Shown piece after piece: positions 1 through 13,499 of a DNA stretch of 64,000 bases; position 1 is the first letter of the stretch; the number at the start of each line of letters is the position of its first letter. The notes beneath the pieces are model-generated. The model saw nothing but the letters and a program-made list of their open reading frames with translations. It had not been told where the DNA came from and did not search any database. The position numbers and the translations under genes were made by a program. Source of the stretch: Eledone cirrhosa (Eukaryota); assembly GCA_964016885.1 (NCBI GenBank), contig OZ024740.1:379626001-379690000 (forward strand), written 5' to 3'.

Positions 1-1745
1 GTCTAGGTACAAGGCCTGTAATTTGGTGGAAAGAAAAAGTCAAATATATTGATCTCAGTATTTGACTGGTACTTTATTCTATTGACCATGGAAGGACCCA
101 AATAATAATAATAATAATTTTCAATTTAGGCACAAATTCAACAATTTGTTGGGAAAGTCAATTACATGTGACTAATACTTTATTTTATTGACCTCTGAAG
201 GGTGAAAGGCAAAGTTGACCTTGACAGGATTTGAACTCAGAATGTAAAGAGCAGGGTCAAATGCTGCAAAATATTTTATTCACTGCTCAAACGATTTTGC
301 CAATCCACCCATGCTAGCGTGGAAAATGGACGTTAAACGAGGATGATGATGATGATTGCCTTAAATTTTTGAATAATAATTGTTTCTACTTTCGACACAA
401 GGCCAGCAATTATTCCAGTGTATTACTGGTACTTTATTTCATCAACCCCGTAAGAATGAAAGGCAAAGTTAAATCTGAATAATAATTGTTTCTACTTTTG
501 GCACAAGGCCAGAAATTACCCCAGTGTATTACTGGTAATTTATTTTATCGACCCCGTAAGGATGAAAGGCAAAGTTAACCTTGGTGGGATTTGAACTCAG
601 ATCATAAAGGGCCGTAACACTGCTGCAAAGCATGTTGTCCGACACCATATTGATACTGCCAGACATCTCTACTCAGTTACACAGATAGATATAGCATTCA
701 AGTCTCTCTCACATCACATTCTATTGCTATGAAAATAGATAGTGTAGTACACTTTACTTCTGAAAAAGACAAAATAGCCGTAACTGGAATGTCTTTTATC
801 ATGTCTGTCTGCTTGAGCAAAGTTAACCTGTGACTTAACAATAATAACAACTATAATTTCTTGTATTTGCACAGTGACACATTTCTAAAGGAGAGGGGTT
901 TTATTTTACTGATTTGATCTCCATTATTTTACTGCTACATGTTTTTATCAAGGATGAATGGCAAAGTTGACTGTGATTGGATTTGAACCCAGAATGTAAG
1001 GCAAAGTGATTAAATACTGCAAGGCATTTGTTTAATTTGATATGTAATAATAATATATCATTTCTTACATGAAAATGTTAGTATTGAGCATGTTGGAATG
1101 AAAGTCCAAGTAGACTGTGATGACATTTTAACTTGGAATGTGGGGCAGTGAAACAAAACTGTACCCTAATCTTTTGCTCTCAAACAGCAGCCCACTATTT
1201 TGGAAAAAGAAACAGGCATACTGGAAAAGTGGACTTACAATGATGATGTTTTCTAGATACCTCTAAAAATATGGGTTAGTCAAAACTAGAATACATTTGA
1301 TTATAGGTTGACTTTCTTAGTGTTGATCTGGGGTACAAAGGCTAGCATTCTAGTGGAAATGACAAACTTAGCTAAATGAATTCTCTGGGTTTTTTTATAC
1401 TATGTAGCACTTACTTTTATGTAATATAAAATTATGGATGCAAAGTCTTATTAGCATGATTTGATATCAGAAAAGCAAAATATTGAGCTCACTGCCATGT
1501 GAGCTAAATCTTATGCTTCAGTAATAATGATTTCTAATTTAGGTACAAGGCTAGAGAATTTAGGGTGAGATGTAAGTCGAGTAAATCAACCCCAATACTT
1601 GATTGGTTCTTTATTTTATTGTCCTTGGAAGGATGAAAGGCAAAGTTGACTTCAGATTTAAACTCAAAATGTAAATAGCTGGAACAAATATTGCTAAGTA
1701 TTTGTCCAATGCTCTTATGACCCTGCCAATCCACTGCCCTTTTTG
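1..1745 (-). mobile_element. Cluster of tRNA-derived SINE family A copies (best copy about 484-662)
   Basis: Recurring ggcacaaggcc...actggtactttattttatcgacccc...gatgaaaggcaaagtt...gatttgaactc (the reverse strand has a B-box-like GAGTTCAAAT) with (AAT)n tails. Confidence 0.8.
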
Positions 1746-1760
1746 CTTCAATAAAAGTAA

Positions 1761-3658
1761 TCATCATCATCATCATCATCAGGTTTAGCGTCCGTGTTCC
1801 ACGCTTGCATGGGTTTGGACGGGGGTTTTCCCACTTGAGGCAAGAGTGGTTGTCTTGCTCGCATAGGACTGTCTGGCGGGTTTTCTACAGTTGGATGCCC
1901 TTCCTAACACCAACCACATTTACAGTGTGGGGCTGGGAGGTTTTTACCGTGTTGCCTACACGGCCACATTACAGCGTGGACTGTCTGGCGGGTTTTCTAC
2001 AGCTGGATGCCCTTCCTAACACCAACCACATTTACAGTGTGGGGCTGGGAGGTTTTTACCGTGTTGCCTACATGGCCACATTTACAGCGTGGACTGTGTG
2101 TTTTTTTTGTCGTGACACCTACACGATCTCATTTGTTTCGGCCTGGATGTTGTGGGACCAACATAACTTTACATTGAAAGGGGCGGTGTGGATGGGGTGG
2201 AGGTGGTGGGACGGGGGGGGGGGGTGTTTTGATAGAGATGCCTACTGACTGTAGTAGGTTTTTACTTTGTATTTAAGTAAGGCGGGTCTTCTCTATTACT
2301 GAGTACCGCCAAAGGTCTCGGTCCAGTGACATTGTCTTGGAGAGGTGTAAGCGTGTGAGGTCGGAATTTATCAGCTCGTCCCATGTTTTTCTGGGTCTGC
2401 CTACTCCGTGGCTACCGTCTATCTTTATTGCCCTGCACTTTGTTATACAGCTGTCGTCTTTCATGCGCATCACGTGACCGTACCAACGTAGCCTTCTCTC
2501 GAGTAAACAACATCTGATCCCTCTTATTTCTAATTTTTTCCTGAGTTCGTTTATGCTTTGCCGTTCACGTATATTACTATTGCACATCCAGCGGAGCATG
2601 CAAGCTTCGTTCCTCTCTAGTCTGCGTATATCCTCTGCACACAATGCCCAGGTCTCACTGCCATGCAGCATTGCTGTTCGTATGCAGGCATCGTATAACC
2701 TGCCTTTCATTTTTAGGGAGAACCCTCTAGCGGCTAATAGTGGTATAAGCTCTCTGAACTTTTTCCATCCAGTTCTGACTCTAGCTACTGTACTTTCAGA
2801 GCACCCTCCCCCACTGCTGATTTTGTCACCCAGGTAACGGAAGCTGTCCACTATTTCTATAGAACCCTCTGCGCAGTTGAAGGAGCTAGTATTTTGTGGG
2901 CACTTGCTGCTACTTATTGCACCAGAGCACCGGCCACATGTAAAATCTATGTTCTTAGTTAGCTTACCTGTGATCCCACTACATCTTTTATGCACCCATA
3001 CTTTGCATTTGGGACATAAAATGGAGTTTCTACCTACGCCTTTCCTACACACTGAGCATGGCCATTTCCCAGATGGGACCGCCGCCTTATTTTCTTTCCT
3101 ACAAACTAGAACTTTAGTCTTAGCCAGGTTAATTTTAAGTCCTTTTGATTCTAGGCCGTGCTTCCATGTTTGGAATTTCTTCTCTAGTTCGGTCATTGAT
3201 TCAGCTATGAGCGTTAGATCATCTGCGTATAGGAGTTCCCATGGGCAGCCGGTCTTGAACTCCTCTGTTATAGCCTGAAGGGCAATAATAAATAGTAGGG
3301 GGCTAAGAACAGAGCCCTGATGGACACCAACTTTTACGCTAAACTCTTCACTATATTCGTTGTTAATTCTAACCTTACTGACTGTTCCTTTATACATGGC
3401 TTGTATAGCTCTCACAAGTCATTCGTCAACACCTAGTTTTCTAAGAGACCACCAGATAATGGAACGGGGGACTCTGTCGAAGGCTTTCTCCAAGTCGACG
3501 AAAGCTAAGTATAGGGGTTTACTTTTAGCTAGGTACTTCTCCTGTAGTTGTCGTACAATGAAAAGAGCGTCTGTGGTACTTTTGCCTGACACAAACCCGA
3601 ACTGCATTTCATCTAGATCAATTCTCTCTCTGATTAGTTGCGCTATTACTTTTTCCGT
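1761..3658 (-). mobile_element. RTE-clade LINE, 5'-truncated, one nonsense codon
   Basis: RT motifs FVDLEKAFDRV, GVHQGSVLSP, LLYADD and RLRWYGHV; TGG>TGA at 3419-3421; 3' UTR and (GAT)n tail. Confidence 0.95.
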
Positions 3659-3659
3659 A

Positions 3660-4560
3660 GTAATATATAATCACTATCCAACAAAATAACACAACTGACA
3701 CACCACATACTCTACACAATCACCACCTGACACTATACATTATATTCTCTACACAATCATTACCTGGGACTGATACCATAACACAACATTTACTCTACAC
3801 AATTATTACCTAAGACTAGAATACACAGCACAGCATGTACACTACCCAGGACTGATAGTATAACATATTACATAACACAACATATACTCTACACCAGAGG
3901 TTCTGAAAGTGGGTGCTACCAACCCCTGAGGGGAATTGAGAAGGTCCTGTGGGGTGCTGAGGTCTAAGGTGGCAGTAGGGGAATGGTAGATTGATATAAT
4001 TGTATATTAAATATCAAATGATACATATTATGTATAAATATAGTAAAATAAAAAATATATATTTATTTATACATAGTATATATTATATTATTTATTATAT
4101 ATAAATTAACGATTTTATCTATTATGTACAATTTGCATGTAGGCAGGTCTCTCTGGAAATGGGGTTGGGGGTGCTGAGGGTTTAACGTGGCCTTGAAGGG
4201 GGCAGTGGCCCAAAACGTTTCAGAACCTCTGCTCTACATAATCACCATTTGACACTAGAACATATTACATAACAAAACACACCACATACTCTACACAATT
4301 ATCATCTAACACTGGAACACATTACATAACTCAACACAGCAAATACTCTCCACCTGATCCTATACCGCATAACAAAACACAGCACAGCACATATTCTATA
4401 CACCCAGCAACCGGCATTATTACCACATAACAACACAACACCTATGAAACGTATAAAAATAACACAACTGATATTGCACAAACTCTACACAACAAATACA
4501 TGAAATACTGATATAACAACAGGACCAACAGTACAAATCTCACAACAAACATATAGTCTG
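3660..4560. repeat. Degenerate CA-rich minisatellite
   Basis: Recurring actctacacaat..cacctgacacta / ataacacaaca units. Confidence 0.65.
3895..4231. mobile_element. hAT-type MITE
   Basis: Perfect 14-bp TIRs CAGAGGTTCTGAAA/TTTCAGAACCTCTG; 8-bp TSD CTCTACAC/CTCTACAT. Confidence 0.9.
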
Positions 4561-5525
4561 CAAACAAAATTCTGTTCCACTAAAAGACAATGCTGCATAC
4601 ACCTGAGGAACACATATGCACCAGCTGGTGCAGTAGAAGCTTACATGAAACTGTTAAGAACAAATAATAATAACAACAACTTTGATGGTTTCTAACATAA
4701 GCACAAGGCCACACATTTTTTTAGTCTTGTGTTGTGGGGGAAACAGCACAGTCAATTAAATTGACTGTAATATATAACTAGTATTTATTTTTTATCAACC
4801 CTATCTCAATGAAAATGTGAAAGCCAAAGTTGACCTTCGCAGGATTTGGATTCAGCAGGCTTATAACTGAATAATGTAAAACATTTTAGTCTAGCCGGCA
4901 TTCTATAGGTTCCACCACCCACCACCCTAATAATATTTAAAATGAAATAATAATATTAATAATTATATCAATAAGATTTTCTGTTGACTAGTCACAAGGA
5001 CAGTTTTTATAGGTGAGATGGTATAGTTGATTACATTTAACCCAGAGTAATTACTTGTACTTAATTGTATTTTCTCTAGAGGCATGAAATGCAAAACAGG
5101 CTCTGGCAATATTTGAACACACGATGCAGAGGGGCAAAGCTGAAGCAATAAAGCATCTAATCTTGTTGACTACTGTCTTAGCCATTCCCAATAATAAATA
5201 ATGATGATTCTTTACATTGGAACAAGGTTTCAGGTTTGTTAAGGTGAAACATGTATTCAATTGCGCTGATTTCACCCAGTGCATTACTGGAGCCTTATTT
5301 TATCGACCCTTGAAGGGTGAAAAGCAAAGTTGACTTGGGCAAGACCTAAATTGATAAAACAGGACTGAAAACTGAGAGGCACTCTAGTTACTATTTCTAC
5401 CAAAAGACTAATAAAGATAATGATAACAATAAAAATTTTAATAATAATAATAGTAATATAAATGACAATAATAATAACAATTATTAACAGCAATGGTTAG
5501 AAAAGATAATTAAAATCTAACTTAC

Positions 5526-5976
5526 GTTTTCAATGATTTCCAGTGTCTTTGCTATCAATTATCAAATTTGCATTACACTCACTACTCCTTTTCTGTTTTA
5601 TCTTCCGTATTTACCTGTTTACCTGAATGCAGTGGCACACTCTCCAACTTCTTAAGTTTCCCCGCTAGGACTTTGTTTTCGTTTGTTTTCCTTCTTTTTC
5701 CTACTGCTGTGTCGGAATAATTCACCCCAGTATCTCCAGTCACACACCTTTTTATCACTTCCTTCCAGTCGGAATGGTTTATGAAGTCGCTGTTTCTCAA
5801 CTGGCAAATGTTTCTAATCTCTTCTTACTAATGTTGGTGCTGGTGCTGTTTTGCAGTCTTTTGTTTTGGAAAGCAGTAATTCCCACTTGTTCGCTCAGAC
5901 TCCTCCTGTTTATAGCATTCATACAGAGGTGGTTAGCTTGGGGGAGGAGATTAAAAGAATAAAAAATAAATAGAAA
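5526..5976 (-). other. Candidate non-coding exon of an antisense gene
   Basis: Non-repetitive sequence; minus-strand polypyrimidine acceptors (ttgcag before 5976 or ccccaag before 5936) and a perfect GTAAGT donor after 5526; no through-running ORF. Confidence 0.35.
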
Positions 5977-6015
5977 CTGCAAGATTAAAATGCATAGCTT
6001 TTTTTCTGTTATATA

Positions 6016-6046
<31 letters not shown>

Positions 6047-7104
6047 TTTTTTTGTATGCGTGCTTGTTTTTGAGTAATTGTTGTTGTCAATGTTGTTGTT
6101 GCTTCTCTACGTGCTGGAGACAATGACACTGCGAGCTCTATTGTGCGTGCTTGTATTTTCTATCTGCAAGTGTTAGAGCTAGAAAGGTAGGTAAAAGCAA
6201 ACAGAGAGAGAGAGTGAGAAAGGAGGAAGTGCAAGATGTGCAAGCATGAAAAATGAGAGAGGAAGGAAGAGAAGGAGGAATCTGCTTGTTTGATCGAGCG
6301 AGTGCACATTGATTGGAGACGTGTGATTTACTCTCTGTCTGCTGCTACTACTGATATTGCTGAAATTTGTTTTCAGTTATAGGTATGGTACAGGGCAGGC
6401 GGTGAGGCACTATTCCACCACTCTCTCCACTTCTCTTCCATTTCCCATCTACAAGATTCCCTACCTCACTCCTTCACTTTCTCTACCTCTGCTATTCTTA
6501 CCCCACTTCAAACACTCCATATCCTTGTTCTCTTCTCTGCACACTTCTCCACACACACTTTGCCACATTTTGTCTCCTTCCCTCAAAAAATAACAACAAA
6601 AGCAAAACAAAAAATCCCCTCTAAAAAAGCCCCAGATGTGATGGGGTGATGCAAAGATCATTCAGCTACTCTCAAACCTACCCATACACCACTATATATA
6701 CATGATGCCCATTTGTCTTTTACTTCATTTGCTGGTTGTTTGCAAGGAAATAACATCTATAAACAAAAGTGGTGTTGGTCTCTGTAATGGTGATGACAGT
6801 AATAATAATAACAATAACAACAATTTCCTTATTGGACTCTAGGTCTGAAACACAAGTAATGTTGATGATAATAGTAATAATGGTTTCTGATTCAGGCACA
6901 AGACCAACAATTTTCAGGGAGGGAAGGGTTGATTATATTGACCCCAGTGCATTACAGGTACTTTATTTTATCGAACTCATAACGATGAAAGGCAAAGCTA
7001 ATAATAATCTCTTTATTGACCACTAATAAACAAGGACAGTGTATTATCTTGAGTGTTTTAGCCCTAGTGACCAATAAAGAATTGATTATCATTTTTATTA
7101 ATAA

Positions 7105-7745
7105 CTAGCAGTGGTACCCGGTGTTGCACAGGATAAGGTATTTTGGAATGCGGGCCGCCAATAGACCTAATCATGGAAAAACTGCATACCTGGACAATAT
7201 GTAAAGAAAATAAACCAAATACTCTGAAGGCTGGATAATCTTTAAGATTTTCCTCGATGAAGCAGGAAAAATGCAGGTTTTCACCTAATGCGGGGCCCTA
7301 GGGGATGAAGAAAATGAATTTTTTTTATGTGCATAATATGCCTTGAAATTTTTGGAAAATTGGCTAGACGTAACACCTAAAAAAAGCCCTAAAAAGATGA
7401 AAAAATGAAATTTTTCACCTAATGCGGGTCCTAGGGGATCAAAAATCGGGGGGGTTGGGTACTTCTCGAGTTTTAGGGATTCAAACTCACAGATACACAC
7501 ACACACACACATCCTCAGTTTTATATATATCTATATATATAAAATTGAGGATGTTTGTCTGTGTGTGTGGTGTGTGTGTCTGTGAGTTTGAATCCCTAAA
7601 ACTCGAGAAGTACCTAACTGATTTTTTTCAAACTTTACATGTGTATTACTTATGGTTCAGGGAGTGTTATGCACATAAAAAATTTCCACTTTTTGATCCC
7701 CCTATGGCCCGCATTATGTGAAAAACTGCGTTTTTTCAGCTTAAA
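7105..7745. mobile_element. Two non-autonomous Helitron-like elements, head-to-head
   Basis: Minus-strand 3' end ...GTGCAACACCGGGTACCACTGCTAG|T at 7105; (TC)TATATATATAAAA-type 5' ends meeting near 7531 with inverted arms. Confidence 0.65.
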
Positions 7746-8159
7746 GAATCCCAAAGATAAAAGAATCCCAAAGGTCTCTTGGTCTTTGTTTATGACTCAC
7801 TCCTAGGGTTGTAAAAACAACAAAAGATCTGCCTGTAATACATAATAATAATAACTGAAGCAACAACATTAATAAGTTTCTCACAAGATCAATGAATTTG
7901 CAATGGACAAAGTATTGGGAATTGGCTTGACATTGGTCCATTACTTGAACATTTTTTTCTTGGTTGACTCTCAGGAGATGGAAAACTAAGTTGAGCCCAG
8001 CAAGATTTCATGACGATGATCACAATCACCATGTTTTTGTTTACCTTTTGACGTTTGGAGCTAAACATGTTTCAAAGCATTACAATGAATTATAATACCA
8101 TCTAACACAATATAAGACACAACCAAAAGAAAAAACATTCAAAACAAAAAACCATAAAT

Positions 8160-8370
8160 AGCAGTGAAACATGGGCAGTGACTGCAGAGGACATGTTTCA
8201 TTGGATGTGCTATGTAAATGTGAGAGAAAGGCAGAGTTTGGATGAACTGAGGGAGAAAATAGGTTTAATCGGAATCTGAAGAGGTGTGCAAGTTAGTACG
8301 CACATATGTGTATGGATGATAGTCATAGGGTGAAGAGTTTGCCAGTGAAGGGAAACTACAGTAGAGGTTT
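8160..8370 (+). mobile_element. Degraded RTE LINE fragment
   Basis: gcagtgaaacatgggcagtgactgcagagg (SETWAV) and cattggatgtg, homologous to the other RTE copies. Confidence 0.7.
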
Positions 8371-9364
8371 ACATAATAAACATTATTTACCCCAGAGATG
8401 CTTTGGCGTATGAAATAAATTTTGATAGGTTAAAGTTATTATTGAAGTGGCAGATATATTAAAGGATCTTTCGTAAGTTGAATATATTTTGTTAATATTG
8501 ATATGATGTTAAGTGTTATATAACATATTTTAGAAATTGAAGTATTCTTTATGAAGTGCTATCATATCTAGTGTTGTGTAATAGACACAGTCCTGTCCAG
8601 TGCCTTGCATGAGACACTAGACATACCTTATTTCCAAAAATGTCTAATAGAAATTTTGTCATAGCCAGTATCTTATGGAAATTTTGTCATTCATATGTTT
8701 TTAAATGAAATCTTCAATTACAACATTTTGATTGTGAATTATTATGTTACATTAGTCAAACATTATTTCTATGCATTTTTTCATTTATGGCAAATTCCAT
8801 TCCATTTTTTTCAAACATAGTGTAGTCCAGATTGTATCATCTATTGTCTCCTTTTTTATTTCTTTAAGACCATTAGATATAATTTAAGGGAGAATTTGGC
8901 TGCTATTTCTAGCAGGGCAAACAACCACTTCATTGTAGCTAAAGAGAAGAATTGAGCCCTGCACTGCAAGCTAATGATGAAGGATACACTCATTAATTAT
9001 ACAAATATTTTCTTCAGTTACTTTTGCTATCTCTTTGCATTTATGTAGATTGAACCAGTGAAAGTTAAGTAATTTAATCTCAGATGCAACACATTGTACA
9101 AGCCATTGCACTACTTTTGACTTTGCAGTCAAACAGCTTAGTAAATCAGTCAGCCAAGACTTGAATTTAGCAAAGAAAGACTTAAATCATTTTTATTCTT
9201 ATGCTGTCAAATCAATTTCATGATAAATTTATTTGTTCTTGAAAATGTTGTGTCAGATATACTGTGCCATCTATCATATTTGGAATAATACTATTAGCAT
9301 ACTATATAAAAAGGAATATGTGCAACATATACATTTATTCATCATAATCATTGTAATAGTAATA

Positions 9365-9550
9365 ATAATTGTTTCTACTTTTGGCACAAGGCCAGCAAAT
9401 TACCCAGTACATTACTGGTACTTTATTTTATCGACCCCGTAAGGATGAAAAGCAAACTTAACCTCGGCGGCTTTTGAACTCAGAATGGCAAGGGCCGTAA
9501 CTCTATGCGACAAAGCATGGCATCCGACCCTCTACCAATACTGCCAATCC
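9365..9550 (-). mobile_element. SINE family A
   Basis: Near-identical to 9783-9970 and 484-662. Confidence 0.85.
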
Positions 9551-9782
9551 AACAATGCTGACTGGTACTGCCCATGTAGTGAGAAGGGCATTATCAATTT
9601 AAAAACTTTGCAAGGACATTTACTGTTGTTGGTGCCCTTGTGGCATCATTTGTGTGACAATTGATTGTGAAATGTGTGGATTATCAAATTTTGCCTCAGG
9701 TGCCAGGTTGACACTCTGCATGACTTGGAAAGAAGCAGAACTCAAAGGAAGTTTCAAATAATAATAATAATAATAATAATAA

Positions 9783-9970
9783 TAATTGTTTCTACGTTAG
9801 GCACAAGGCCATCAATTATCCAGTGTATTACTGGTACTTTATTTTATCGACCCCGTAAGGATGAAAGGCAAAGTTAACCTCGGCGGGATTTGAACTCAGA
9901 ATGGCAAGGGCCGTAACTCTATGCGCCAAAGCATGGCATCCGACACTCTACCAATACTGACAATCCACCG
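9783..9970 (-). mobile_element. SINE family A
   Basis: tRNA-like head on the minus strand, (AAT)n tail. Confidence 0.85.
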
Positions 9971-10544
9971 ATAATAACGTGCAGTGCTCAGGTGCACTAC
10001 AGCTTGATTCACTCATCATCATCATCATCATCATACGTCCGTTTTCCATGTTGGCATGGATTTGATGGCTTGCTAAGGTCTGAAAATATGCAGGTTAGAG
10101 AACCATATTTTGCTCATATATTCCTTATTTTGACATGGTTTCTACAGCTGGATGCCCTTTCTAAAGCCAACCATTTTAAAAGAGTGTTACCAGGTGCATT
10201 TTATGTGACACCAGCACTAGAGAGGGTGTCATATCCTCAACTAGACCCTTGTACTGGGTGCAAAGACTTGTGAAATTCAAAGAGAAATAGAATGCCAGTA
10301 TTGTTTCTCTAATGCAATGAGTCAGTCTTCTTATAATGTTTCATATTATGAAAGACCTTTGTCGTGATGAGCAGGGAGGTATGTTCAATCCTCCCTTTTT
10401 CTTTTATTCTCTATAATTCTGTTCTATCTACATTAATCTGATTTTCCTCATTGCTCTTCATTGATGTTAGCTCAGCTGTCTTTCTGGAAATTTTCAGCTG
10501 GTTAATGCTGTCTACTACTATCTTTTGTGAAACCTCAACCTCCT

Positions 10545-10763
10545 AACACATGCAGACACAGACATACACATGCAAACATATGCACACACACATACACATG
10601 CGCATGCAGACACACATACACATGCACACACACATATATGCACACACATTCACATGCGCATGCAGACACACACACTCACACATGCACATCCTGTCGCCAA
10701 AGATGCTAGATGTTCAATTCCATGTGATTCATTGCAACAAAAGACTTAAATCCTATTTGTTTT

Positions 10764-10799
<36 letters not shown>

Positions 10800-10835
10800 T
10801 CTCTCTCTCTCTGCCCCCCCCCCCCCCTCCCCTCT
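10545..10835. repeat. Compound microsatellites: (CA)-rich, (CAT)n, (CT)n, poly-C
   Basis: Seen directly in the sequence. Confidence 0.9.
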
Positions 10836-12656
10836 TTTCTCGTCATATTTAAACTATTTATTGTTAGCTTCTCATTCTGAGGTTTTGGAAAGCAATATAC
10901 ACTTCTTAGAAAACATTAATCATAGCGTGGCATAACTTAATCAAGGAAAACTTCTGATTTAGTTTTTACATTAAAGATAAGTTAGGAAACCTCAATTATG
11001 ATTTAAATATTACTGATCTTATTAAAGAAGTGTACACGTGTGTGTGTGTGTGTGGGTGGGTGGGTGTGCGCATGCGCATGTATGTGAAATATTGCTTGAA
11101 TGATTGTGGGTGGACTACATGGGTGAAACTCTTTGTAGCTGAGGAGTGAATCATCATCTAGTTTCCAATACATATATAAACACTGCACTATGTATTGAGT
11201 ATTCTTTTTCTTTCATTTGTAAGTATAAACATACACTCCCAGAGAAAGAAAGAGATATCAGAGGTTGTAGAAAATCAGATGTTGCTATTTGATATTTCAT
11301 TTGATAATTCTAGCATGTGGTGTAGGTGCCATTCATTTTCTAAATTGGTTTTATACAATAGATTACTACATCATCATCATTTAATGTCCATTTTTTCCAC
11401 ACTAGCATGGGTTAGATGAATTGTCTTGTGAGATAGGCCAGGTCAGGTGACCGTGTCTTGCTTATAAAGAACTGATTTTGGCTTAGTTTCTAGAGCTGGA
11501 TGGCCTTCCTAATGCTAACCACATTTACTGTGAGTACTGAGTGTTTTTACATATGTATACAGGTAAAATTTCAGATGTCTTAAATTCATCTAGGGGTTCA
11601 TGACTGTATCATCTTTGAACAAAACACCTAGTCCACACTGTCAGGTGGTAGTGGTGGTGCCACGATAAAATGCACCTGTTATATGCCACAAAGTTATTGG
11701 CATTGGGAAGGACATCCAGCCATAGAAGCCAAACCCAAAATGGCATGTATGAGTGAGATGCAGTCATCTGACCTGTCTGGTGTCAGAATGTGACAACCCT
11801 TCTAACCCATGCCATCATCATCACTGTTTAACAACTATTTTCCATGCTTGCATGTGTTAGATGGGATGTTATGTTATGAGACAAGTCAGGCCAGGTGATT
11901 ATGTCTTGCCCATATGGAACTGTTTCTGGCTTGGTTTCTTTGGTTGGATGCTCTTCCTAATGCCAACCACATTACAGTGTCGACTGGGTGCTTTTGTCAT
12001 GGTACCAACACAATGACCTACAGGGTGGACTGGATGTTTTTTAGCATGTCACCAGCACGACTACCTTGCTGGGTGGACTAGGTGCTTTTTGTCATGGAAA
12101 ACAGTGATGATGATACTGATGAGAATCAATTCAATTATCAAATATACAACCTCTTATCCCTACCACTGCTACAAATATGTGGTCTCATGCCAGCATAAGA
12201 AATTATTATTAATATACATTCTATGTGTGTGCTTGTGACCATTTCCTGATATGTTATTGTAAAACAGATTTTCTTTTCATGGACCGATGACAACAGCATT
12301 GGAAATAATACTAAATGCATGACTCAAAAGTCAGTTATTTTCTTCTGGATTTTACCAATTTCATCTGGCCTACATCAAAAGTTATTAATTTTTTGTTGAA
12401 TTTTTTATTAAGTTATGAAAAAAAGAAGAAAAATATTATGGATTTGGTTAGTTTGTTTGCCAGATGCCCTTATGAGAATGTAAACTTGCAATGTCATGCA
12501 AGCAATATATGTGTATGTATATATATTTGTGTCATGAACATTTTTCCTTTTTACTGTTGTTTATATTTTCAAATACACATCTATCTATCTGTCATGACCA
12601 TCATCATGCGTCCATTTTTCCTGCTAACAAGAATATCTGATCAATCTATCTACATC

Positions 12657-12670
12657 TGTGTGTGTGTATA

Positions 12671-12754
<84 letters not shown>

Positions 12755-12815
12755 CACACACACATACACACACACACATACACACACACATATATATATA
12801 TATATATACACACAA
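12657..12815. repeat. (TG)/(TA)/(CA) microsatellite
   Basis: Seen directly in the sequence. Confidence 0.95.
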
Positions 12816-13499
12816 TAGTCTATCTATTTATCTATCATTACATTCACATGAAAATCAAGTGGGTTCTTTATCCATTTTCTAGACATGAACTATTTCTATC
12901 TTTTCTAGGGTGGTGATAGTGTGGTTGACTTCACTCTTGCAAATTAATTTAATACGATAATAATTTAGTCTCAATGATTCACAATTGTAAAATTCTGAAA
13001 GCCTTTTGATTCTACTTTGGCATTTTGTGTTGTCAGTTGCTGCTTTAAGATACTTTTATCTCTATTTCCTTCAAAATAAATCTCTCTGACTTTGTTAGGT
13101 TTAATTTAATTAAAACCATGCTTTCGTTGGTTGAATGATGAATCTTTTAATGTTAGTTTTCAATACACATAGATGTTTAATGAATCATTGCTTTGTTGTT
13201 GTTCATCCTAAGAATATTCTAGATAGTGTCATCATAAACTCTGAAACCTAATTTATTTCATTTAACGTTATAGATATTTTGGAAATGGTACAAAATTCAT
13301 TTTCTAAAAATAAAATTGTTTATGTACATGGCCAAATTGAATCACTCTTAGTATATTTTCTTGTTTATTTTATTAACTCTAACAATATTTATAATGCATT
13401 TATTTTTTTTTAATGACATAACGAGGGAGGGTATATATACTGCACATGCTTTCCATCACTAACTTACACCATTTTTTCACTGAGCATGTATTATTCTTT

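Noticed and set aside
2273-3607. RT ORFs as a retron, DGR or group II intron system
   Set aside because: Motifs, 5' truncation, 3' UTRs and (GAT)n tails are those of RTE-clade LINEs.
5582-6129. Minus-strand ORFs of 72 and 110 aa as a protein-coding exon
   Set aside because: The frames do not join, stops precede the donor, and there is no recognisable homology; kept only as a non-coding exon candidate.
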